Assembly (NCBI GenBank): GCA_048940645.1
Contig: JBHLOI010000010.1
Span: 22,699-86,698, forward strand
DNA from: Promethearchaeota archaeon
GTDB lineage: Archaea > Asgardarchaeota > Lokiarchaeia > Sigyniarchaeales > SOKP01
Reading direction: 5' to 3'
DNA length: 64,000 nucleotides
The notes under the pieces are model-generated. The model had not been told where the DNA came from and ran no database searches. It saw nothing but the letters and a program-made list of their open reading frames with translations. The translations under genes were made by a program, and so were the position numbers. This document shows positions 10,177 through 18,127 of this stretch, one piece after another. Each line of letters begins with the position of its first letter. Position 1 is the first letter of the stretch.

Positions 10177-13038
10177 ATGAAGGTAAATAAAAAAGTTTCA
10201 TCTCTATTAATTACTGCTATATTATTCTTATCAATTATTGGGATTGCTATAGCTTACACCTCAGATTTTACTGATTTTTCTGGAGAGGGGCATAATAGTT
10301 GTCATGGAGATATAACACAAAGTGCTTCAGGATACATCTCATTATCATCAAGCTCAGGAACAACCGTGAATCCAAGTGAAACATTTACAATTAGCATTCA
10401 AGTCCTAAGCTTCACAGAGGCTCAAGGAAAGAATATTGAAACAGGCTTCCCAAGTGGAACACCTGGGAGAGGAGATAATAAAGATTTTACTTTTGATGCG
10501 ATTCAAAAATCAGCATCCATAGACAGCTCTGGAAATTCAATAACGATTGACTTTCAAGCTACAGCTCCGACAATTGAACAAACCTATACTCTCACTGCTG
10601 ATGCTATCTATCGAGAGGGGAGTTCTGCTTCATATTTTGCAACCGGAAATTTAATAATAACAGTTGAACCAATAAATACTCCACCTCAATTTAATAATCT
10701 AATTGAGAGTGCTGACCCATTAGAATTAGGGCAGCAAGAAAATATTCAAATAGATGTAACTGATTCTGAGTCAAGCGTTAGCGATGTTCTCATTGAATTA
10801 GAAAATATAAATTACACCATGTCAAACATTTTAGGAAACACATATGAATATAATTGGACTCCGAATACAATAGGTATAAAAAACTATATAATTTTTGCTA
10901 ATGATACAGAGGGAAGTTGGAATAAAGTTAGTGGAAATATTAACGTAATTGATATTACAGCTCCAATATTATCTAATCTAGTTGAAAGTGCTGACCCATT
11001 GGAATTAGGACAAACAGAAGTAATACAGATTAATGCTACTGATTTATCAGGAATTAGTCAAGTGTTAATAGAAATTGGTGGCGTGAATTATACTATGGTG
11101 AATATAGGAGGACCAATATGGGAATATAACAGCTGGACACCAACTAGCACAGGTTTAAAACCGTATATAATTTACGCTAATGATACAGAAGGAAATTGGA
11201 ATTCGTTAAATGATGATGTCACTGTAGATGACACAATAGCACCCAAATATTCTAATTTAATTGAAAATGCTGATCCACTTCCATTAGGGCAAAATGAAAC
11301 GATTTCAATTGAAATTTATGATTCACCGGGGTCTGGAGTGAAAGAAGTACTTATTGAATATGATGGTTCTAATCACACAATGATTTTTATTGGATTTAAT
11401 ACATGGAGGTGGTCTAATTGGAAGCCTATGTCTGTAGGAATCTTCAATTATTTCATTTATATGGTAGATAACAGCAACAATGTAAATATAACAGGAGGAT
11501 CTATTGAAGTCATTATCTCAACAGGACCAACAATTCAAAACTTATCAAAAAGTGCTGATCCTTTAGAATTAGGGAAGTTAGAAACGATTCAAGTTGACGT
11601 TGATGATACTAATGGAGTGAGCAATGTATTTATTGAAATTGGGGGATTAAATTATTCAATGGTGAATATTGGGGGAATAAGATATGAATTTACCTGGAAA
11701 CCAAATTCTACTGGAATAAAATTATTTAAGATTTATGCTAATGATTCTTTAAATAATTGGAATCAATTTGGAAATAGTATTTTCGTCCAAGATACAAAAC
11801 CTCCAAATTTTGGAAATTTAACAGAAAGTAGCGATCCAGTTGAATTAGGAGCTCCAATAACGATTTCTATTGACACAACTGACTTGTCAGGTATTAACCA
11901 AGTCAAAATTGAATTTGAAGGTGTGAATCATTCAATGTCTTATACCGGAGGAAATACATGGTTAAATGATACTTTGATATTTAGTACTGTTGATATTCAT
12001 TTATATACCATTTATATTCAAGATAATTCTAACAACTGGAATACGACAAATGGTTTTATCGAAGTAATCGATACAACACCACCTGTATTGACAAATTTAT
12101 ATGAAAGCAGTGATCCTTTAGAATTAGGACAAATTGAAGTAATTCAGATTGATATAATTGATTTAGCTCCAATAAATACAGTATTAATTGAATTTGAAGG
12201 AAAAAATTATACCATGGTAAAAATAAGCAGCTTAACCTGGGAGTACAACTGGGTTCCAACTAGCACTGGATTAAAATTATATACAATTTATGCTAACGAT
12301 ACAAGCAATAATTGGATCTCGTTAGTTGCTAATATTTCTGTGGTGGATACTAATGGTCCAGTCTTATCTGCTTTATATGAGAGTGCTGATCAACTAGAAT
12401 TAGGACAAACAGAGACAATTCAAATCAATGTTTCTGATCCATCAGGAATTAATCAAGTGGTAATAGAAATTGGTGGTGAAAATTATACAATGCAAAATAT
12501 CGGAGGATCAAAATGGGAATATAGTTGGGCTCCAAATAGTACAGGATTGAAGCTATATACTCTTTATGCATATGACTCGATAAATAATACGGTTTCATTG
12601 AAAAATAATATTACTGTTATAGATACAACAGGACCAATTTTTTCTAATTTGGTTAAAAGCAAGGCATCAATACTTTTAGGTGAATCTGTATCTATTCAAA
12701 TTGAAGTTGTGGATATATCTGGTGTTAGCGAAGTTCTTATTGAATTTAGTGGCTCAAATCATACTTTGATAAATACCGAAGGAAATACTTGGGAGTATAC
12801 TGATTGGTTCCCAAGTTCAATAGGTGAAAACTCTTTTACTATTCATGCCAAAGATAATCTTAATAATTGGAATACGGTAATTGGGAATATTTTAGTAACT
12901 GAGCAATCAGTAGGCAGTAATTTATTAACGATGAGAGAAATATTAGATATAACATTGTTTTCAAGTATATTTGGTATTACTATTTTCATAGCAATATTAA
13001 TAATAAGAACAGCAAGGAATAAACGATTTATTCAATAA
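10177..13038 (+). CDS. Large surface protein: signal peptide, HxxCH domain, 8 Ig-like repeats, C-terminal TM anchor
   Basis: AIA-YTS cleavage site, HNSCH (10291-10305), eight ~93-aa repeats with ESADPLELG...YTIYANDT..NW, many NxS/T sequons, C-terminal TM plus basic tail. Confidence 0.85.
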   Translation: MKVNKKVSSLLITAILFLSIIGIAIAYTSDFTDFSGEGHNSCHGDITQSASGYISLSSSSGTTVNPSETFTISIQVLSFTEAQGKNIETGFPSGTPGRGDNKDFTFDAIQKSASIDSSGNSITIDFQATAPTIEQTYTLTADAIYREGSSASYFATGNLIITVEPINTPPQFNNLIESADPLELGQQENIQIDVTDSESSVSDVLIELENINYTMSNILGNTYEYNWTPNTIGIKNYIIFANDTEGSWNKVSGNINVIDITAPILSNLVESADPLELGQTEVIQINATDLSGISQVLIEIGGVNYTMVNIGGPIWEYNSWTPTSTGLKPYIIYANDTEGNWNSLNDDVTVDDTIAPKYSNLIENADPLPLGQNETISIEIYDSPGSGVKEVLIEYDGSNHTMIFIGFNTWRWSNWKPMSVGIFNYFIYMVDNSNNVNITGGSIEVIISTGPTIQNLSKSADPLELGKLETIQVDVDDTNGVSNVFIEIGGLNYSMVNIGGIRYEFTWKPNSTGIKLFKIYANDSLNNWNQFGNSIFVQDTKPPNFGNLTESSDPVELGAPITISIDTTDLSGINQVKIEFEGVNHSMSYTGGNTWLNDTLIFSTVDIHLYTIYIQDNSNNWNTTNGFIEVIDTTPPVLTNLYESSDPLELGQIEVIQIDIIDLAPINTVLIEFEGKNYTMVKISSLTWEYNWVPTSTGLKLYTIYANDTSNNWISLVANISVVDTNGPVLSALYESADQLELGQTETIQINVSDPSGINQVVIEIGGENYTMQNIGGSKWEYSWAPNSTGLKLYTLYAYDSINNTVSLKNNITVIDTTGPIFSNLVKSKASILLGESVSIQIEVVDISGVSEVLIEFSGSNHTLINTEGNTWEYTDWFPSSIGENSFTIHAKDNLNNWNTVIGNILVTEQSVGSNLLTMREILDITLFSSIFGITIFIAILIIRTARNKRFIQ
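10675..12900 (+). repeat. Eight diverged ~279-bp tandem coding repeats (Ig-like beta-sandwich stalk)
   Basis: Recurring GAAAGTGCTGACCCATTAGAATTAGG-like DNA and the DTTxP..NL.ESADPLELGQ peptide, eight times. Confidence 0.85.
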
Positions 13039-13110
13039 ATAATTATTTTTTTTACTTTTTAATCACTTCTCTTTATTAGGTATCATTAATTTTTCAGAAA
13101 GTTAGATAAT

Positions 13111-13824
13111 ATGATTAAATCCAATAAAAATATAATAAATTGTAATACTGTTTCTAAACAATTTGGATATTTCTTTGCACTTAAAAAAGTTTCTTTTAGT
13201 GTTAAACAATATACGATATTCGGAATTGCGGGACCAAACGGAGCCGGAAAAACAACGTTAATTAAAATCTTATCTGGATTACTAAAGCCAACTTTAGGAA
13301 ATATTGAAATTGATGGAATGAATTATGATGATCACTCAAATATAATAAGACAAAACATCGGTATTACTACTGATGAATCATTTCTCTATGAAGAACTAAC
13401 TATTTTTGAAAATTTAAAATTCTATAATAATTTACATTTAAATTTTGAAAAGAGCAACATAAAGAATAAGATTGAGCGACTTGCTAGAAAATTCAATTTA
13501 GAAGACTGGGTAAATGAACCCATAAGTATATTGTCCCATGGAATGAAAAAAAAAGTAGAATTAATACGAGCTTTAATACATCAACCATCAGTTTTATTTT
13601 TGGATGAACCATTTTCAGGATTAGACTACCACACAACCAATATGCTGATCAACTTTTTTAAAGAATTAAAAGAATATGAGAAGGTTTCGATAATTCTGAC
13701 ATCTCATAAAATGGATCTATTCCAAAAGATTTGTGATGAGTTAATTATTTTAGAAAAAGGAAAAATTGTTAAATCCATTTCAAAAGAAGATTTTGATGAA
13801 TTCGAAATTGAATCATACTTTTAA
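13111..13824 (+). CDS. ccmA: Heme exporter ABC ATPase CcmA
   Basis: Walker A GPNGAGKT, signature LSHGMKKK, LDEPFSGLD; adjacent to ccmB in the ccm cluster. Confidence 0.82.
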   Translation: MIKSNKNIINCNTVSKQFGYFFALKKVSFSVKQYTIFGIAGPNGAGKTTLIKILSGLLKPTLGNIEIDGMNYDDHSNIIRQNIGITTDESFLYEELTIFENLKFYNNLHLNFEKSNIKNKIERLARKFNLEDWVNEPISILSHGMKKKVELIRALIHQPSVLFLDEPFSGLDYHTTNMLINFFKELKEYEKVSIILTSHKMDLFQKICDELIILEKGKIVKSISKEDFDEFEIESYF

Positions 13825-13836
13825 GGTGATAAATAA

Positions 13837-14562
13837 TTGAATCATGAAAAAAATACATTAAAATTGAGATTGAAGTTATTGAAAACAATTTTATTTAAAG
13901 ATATTAAATCTGAAATTAGACAAATAAATGATTTGTTTTCGGTTTTTCTTTTTGTTATAATAGCAACTTTTATTTTTTCATCTGTGTATAATTTTAGCAC
14001 GCAATATCAAAATATGCCATTAGAGATTTTTGTAATTGAAAACTGGTTGATAATGTTTTTTACCCTTATTTATATTATGACTAAGCTATTTATTAAGGAA
14101 AAAGATTCTGGAACGCTTGGTGGAATACTTTCGTCTCCTGTCTCTACTAGCATAATTCTTTTAGGTAAAATCTTATTTTGTTTGATTTTATTAAGTTTTG
14201 TAGAAATAATTCTATTTATTTTTAGTTTTTTTATATCTGCGCCCTCAATTGGTAATTTAAACTTAATTCAGCTATTAATCTATATTGCTCTGGGAGTATT
14301 ATTACCTACATTTGACTTATCTATTTGTGGAAGTCTTGTTTCCGCTTTTTCGATGTATGCTAAAAATAAGTCTTTTGTTCTGCCTATTTTATTATTCCCT
14401 TTAATTCTACCAATTACCATACCTATAATATCTATAAATATTAAACTATTAGAGGGAAATTTAATTTTTAATCTATATTACGAAATAATATTTTTAATAG
14501 CTCATATTACTCTAATGATTTCAATATTGACATTAATTTCTCAAACTCTCTTATATGACTAA
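13837..14562 (+). CDS. ccmB: Heme exporter permease CcmB
   Basis: KDIKSEIR, FIKEKDSGTLGGILSSP, LGK, VLPILLFPLILP; about 6 TM helices. Confidence 0.88.
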   Translation: MNHEKNTLKLRLKLLKTILFKDIKSEIRQINDLFSVFLFVIIATFIFSSVYNFSTQYQNMPLEIFVIENWLIMFFTLIYIMTKLFIKEKDSGTLGGILSSPVSTSIILLGKILFCLILLSFVEIILFIFSFFISAPSIGNLNLIQLLIYIALGVLLPTFDLSICGSLVSAFSMYAKNKSFVLPILLFPLILPITIPIISINIKLLEGNLIFNLYYEIIFLIAHITLMISILTLISQTLLYD

Positions 14563-14569
14563 AGTTATA

Positions 14570-14908
14570 TCAACTACACTGTGTAAGAATCTGATTTGCA
14601 ACCAAAATTAAAGAAGAATTGAATACACCTTTTACAACTACTTTTATGTCATTCTTAAAATCACTAGGAGGAGTAATCTGACTTATATCAACTAAAATAC
14701 TATCCTCATTCTCAGTTAAATTAAAATTCCCATTGGAATATCCCTGTACTATTCCGATTACTTGAATTTCTTTATTATAGTATTCAGAGGGATTTGATAC
14801 AACTTGAGAAACCTGAAGATAAGGTCGAGAGTATATTGTTACCAATGCAATTATTATACCTAGGGATATAACTATCCCTACGATTGCAAAAATTTTAGAT
14901 TTCTTCAA
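14570..14908 (-). CDS. ccmE: Heme chaperone CcmE, Cys-type, C-terminally truncated
   Basis: N-terminal TM, OB-fold pattern (YLQVSQV, IQVIGIV, PSDFKNDIKVVVKG, ANQILTQCS*). The Cys lies at the CxxxY/HxxxY position, but the protein ends one residue later. Confidence 0.85.
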   Translation of the reverse strand: MKKSKIFAIVGIVISLGIIIALVTIYSRPYLQVSQVVSNPSEYYNKEIQVIGIVQGYSNGNFNLTENEDSILVDISQITPPSDFKNDIKVVVKGVFNSSLILVANQILTQCS

Positions 14909-14918
14909 ATTCTCACAC

Positions 14919-15071
14919 CTAAGTAGTGTTTCTTTCTAAATTCTTAATTCTTTTTAAAGTTTTTCTTAATCGAAGTTTAGGATATAAGATTAAAATTAAA
15001 ATCACAATCCAAAATAATGTAAAACTAATGCTTATAGTTATTAAATCTGATTTTAGATAATGTTCTGACAT
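14919..15071 (-). CDS. ccmD: CcmD-like small membrane protein (50 aa, not in ORF track)
   Basis: MSEHYLKSDLITISISFTLFWIVILILILYPKLRLRKTLKRIKNLERNTT*: one TM plus basic tail, GAGGAG SD upstream, located between ccmC and ccmE. Confidence 0.8.
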   Translation of the reverse strand: MSEHYLKSDLITISISFTLFWIVILILILYPKLRLRKTLKRIKNLERNTT

Positions 15072-15076
15072 ATAAT

Positions 15077-15814
15077 TTACTCCTCTACTAATCTTTTTTG
15101 TATAAGTTTCTCTAATTCTTCTTTTGCTTTATCTAAATTTACTAATTTATGAACAACGTATATAAACAGAATTGTCATAGCTATTAAATTAAAGAATAAC
15201 ATAAATAATTTTAATGGATCCCAATAAATATTTCCCGGTTGACCTGGATTTGGACTAATTAATGGATGTAAACTGGTAAATATTATTGCTGAGATGTAGC
15301 TTAAAGGAACTGTGGGAAATAAAGCGATCGCTAGTGCTGATGTCAATTTTGCTTTTTTATCTTTATCTTCAATCACACTCCAAAAAATCAAATAAGATAA
15401 ATAAGAAAGAAATAATACTAAAGTCATTGTTTGTCGAGCATCACTCCACTGCCAATAAATATTATTATAATCTCCAGAAGTGGCATTAAACCATAGAGAA
15501 CCAGTTATTAATGTAAAAGCAGTAAAAAATACTCCAACTATTATACTATTCTTACCCAAACGACTCCAATATATTTTCTTAATTCTTAAATATAAAATAT
15601 GACATACTAAACTAATACCAAATGAAAGATACGCAAGCCATGCCCCAGACACATGGTAAAAAAAAATTGCGTATACAATTCGATTAGGGTCTCCCCATAA
15701 GATTAAATTAAAGGAAGATAGTCCAATTATCAAGGATAAATTTACCAATAGCATTATAATTGAAATTATTAACAGCAGATTAGTTCTAAGCAATCTTATT
15801 AAAACTATAATCAT
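15077..15814 (-). CDS. ccmC: Heme exporter / CcmE-loading protein CcmC
   Basis: FFYHVSGAW, TGSLW...YWQWSDARQT (WWD-like with insertion), TSLHP. Confidence 0.9.
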   Translation of the reverse strand: MIIVLIRLLRTNLLLIISIIMLLVNLSLIIGLSSFNLILWGDPNRIVYAIFFYHVSGAWLAYLSFGISLVCHILYLRIKKIYWSRLGKNSIIVGVFFTAFTLITGSLWFNATSGDYNNIYWQWSDARQTMTLVLFLSYLSYLIFWSVIEDKDKKAKLTSALAIALFPTVPLSYISAIIFTSLHPLISPNPGQPGNIYWDPLKLFMLFFNLIAMTILFIYVVHKLVNLDKAKEELEKLIQKRLVEE

Positions 15815-16064
15815 CGCCTCATCAAAGCATAACTATAAATTATTTTCTTATTCAATGAAATCTGTAAGCTTTTGTAGAATTAGGAAAATTATATTTAACA
15901 TTTAAGACATTATTTTTTTTAATTTAAAATTTGATATTATAAAAAAAAAGTAATAGATTCTTTAGATTTTATTAGTTTTTATTATTTTTTTCTATGTTTG
16001 GCTTCATAATAGTATGTTCTATATATTTTAGAAAAATAAAAAAAAAGAAACATTAAATTTTGAT

Positions 16065-16703
16065 TTATTTAGGAGCTTTATGTTTTTTACGGCGTACAAT
16101 TATTATTATTGAAGTAGTTACTGCTATGAATACACCAAACAAGGTATAAAGTTCAAAACCAGGAATGGCTCCACCGCTGACAGTTAAAGTTAAAGTGTCT
16201 GTAGCATAAATTATACCCAATTCACTTCCATCTGTATGATTTTCAGCAGTAATAACATCAACGACTAGATTATAATCACCGTTTGTGAATGGAGCTATTA
16301 GTTTAAAAGAAATCGAAACATTTGAATCTCCATTACTATCCAAGGTTATACCATGTAATCTTATAGGATCCTCTAGAATAGACCCAAATACTGCATTATT
16401 CCCACGAGTAGAGGGAACCGCTACACTTACTTCACTATTTCTATCTATTGTTAAAGCTTCAGTAAAATTTTCAATTACTACATTTACTGTAAATTGTTGC
16501 CCTGCAGTCAATGACGTACCTTCCACAGAAGTGACAGTTACTGTTGCGCCAACGCTCTGAGTAGTGGGGCTTACAAGACCATGGCATCCACCATGCGAAC
16601 CACCAGCAAAAGTTTCAATCATAGAGGGAAATGCAACTGCTCCTCCGACTAATAACAAAAGAAAACTAGCAATTATAAAAAGAGGTATTATTTTTCTTTT
16701 CAT
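16065..16703 (-). CDS. Exported HxxCH-domain protein with PGF-type (Loki-CTERM-like) sorting signal
   Basis: AVA-FPS cleavage site, HGGCH (16581-16595), beta-rich domain alignable to the 10177 N-domain (TQS..TS(L/V)..(Q/T)FT(V/I)..(N/S)FTEA..PS..RGNN/RGDN..F...AP), tail AIPGF-TM-RRKK. Confidence 0.85.
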   Translation of the reverse strand: MKRKIIPLFIIASFLLLLVGGAVAFPSMIETFAGGSHGGCHGLVSPTTQSVGATVTVTSVEGTSLTAGQQFTVNVVIENFTEALTIDRNSEVSVAVPSTRGNNAVFGSILEDPIRLHGITLDSNGDSNVSISFKLIAPFTNGDYNLVVDVITAENHTDGSELGIIYATDTLTLTVSGGAIPGFELYTLFGVFIAVTTSIIIIVRRKKHKAPK

Positions 16704-17169
16704 TCAATTACTCACTTTTTTTTTGTTTAAAATTTTAATTTTATTGCGGTTTTATATATTGAAATATTTTTAAAAAGTCGATGAAATTTCTATATTTTCA
16801 ATTCTTTTTAAAATATTACCTTAATACTTAAACCTAATTACTTATATTTTAAATTTTACTAAATCTGGATAAATTAAACAATCCGATTAATCTGAGTTTA
16901 AATCTCTACTAAAATATTCTTTTTAGTTTAAAATTGAAACTAAAAAAATTCTCAATTTAGACTTATAAGTTCAAGACTTCTAGTCAAATATCTGTAACTT
17001 AAAAAAAATTTAAGAAAATAAAAAAATCTAAATTTCCAATTTTATAATAAGGGTTAATTCTTACAATCTTTTATTCAATCACTCATATTTCAAATTATTT
17101 ATAAACAATAACTTTTAAAAAGTGGTAATCAAGATATTATTAACTAAAGCCCATTATTAATTTAATAAA

Positions 17170-17733
17170 ATGCAATTAGATAATATAGATAGACAAATAT
17201 TAAACGCATTGTTTAAAAATGGTCGTGAGAGCTTAACAAACTTGGAGAAGGTTATAATTAAATCTGATACAGATACTATGAGTCATACAGGAATTGCCAA
17301 ACGGATAACGAAATTAGAAGAAAGCGGAGTTCTTAAGGTTCAAGCTAATACAAATATAAATAAACTTCAATATAAAGTTTTATTCTTATTAATGGAAATG
17401 AGTAATTTTGAAGAAGTGCAAAATATTATTAAAGCTTATCAAGATTGCCCTAGAGTTTTTTTGTTGGCCCCCGTAACTGGACAATATAATTTAATTTTAG
17501 GAATAATAGGGCAAAATCTCGATGTTTTACATCGATATTTGAATTATTGCGGACCAACTAATAAAAAAGGAATTTTGCATTCCGCAACGATCTTTGCATC
17601 AGAATTTATTAAACCTAATTACATTCCTCTTAATTTATTCAGTCGGGAAAGCCAAGAAGATAAATGTGGAAATATTTGCAAAGAATGTGCAGCATATCTT
17701 GATGGGAAATGCTATGGTTGCGGAAATTTTTAG
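17170..17733 (+). CDS. Lrp/AsnC family transcriptional regulator with C-terminal Cys cluster
   Basis: LDNIDRQILNAL..GRES, RITKLEESGV HTH, VTGQYNL RAM domain, tail CGNICKECAAYLDGKCYGCG. Confidence 0.88.
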   Translation: MQLDNIDRQILNALFKNGRESLTNLEKVIIKSDTDTMSHTGIAKRITKLEESGVLKVQANTNINKLQYKVLFLLMEMSNFEEVQNIIKAYQDCPRVFLLAPVTGQYNLILGIIGQNLDVLHRYLNYCGPTNKKGILHSATIFASEFIKPNYIPLNLFSRESQEDKCGNICKECAAYLDGKCYGCGNF

Positions 17734-18127
17734 ATAATTTTATAACTTAATTTTGCCGCTTTCCATTTATTAAATAATGTTTTAGTTTCAAGTATATTTA
17801 AGCCTTTTAATTAAGCTCTTACATTTTTTTTATGAATACCTTGCTTCTTAAAATCCTGTAAGCATTATCAGTTAAATTAATAACACTGTATCAAATACTA
17901 TATAATAAGTATAGCTGATATTAAAAAGAAAAAAGTATAATAATTAAGATGATTCCCTATAGCTTCTAATTTATGATAAAAATGTCGAGAAATTATTTCT
18001 AAAATGAATATTATCTAAATTTCCAGTAAATTTTAATAAAATTTAATAATTAAATAAATACAACTAATTTCTTTAAAATTAATTAGCTAATTTAAAAAAA
18101 TATAAAAAATAAAATAGGTAAAAGAAA

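Noticed and set aside
14500-14572. ccmE stop is TGA followed by TAT (C-S-U-Y), suggesting Sec readthrough that restores the Tyr
   Set aside because: The Tyr would be at +3 rather than the +4 of CxxxY, the extension would run antisense into ccmB, and no SECIS was seen.
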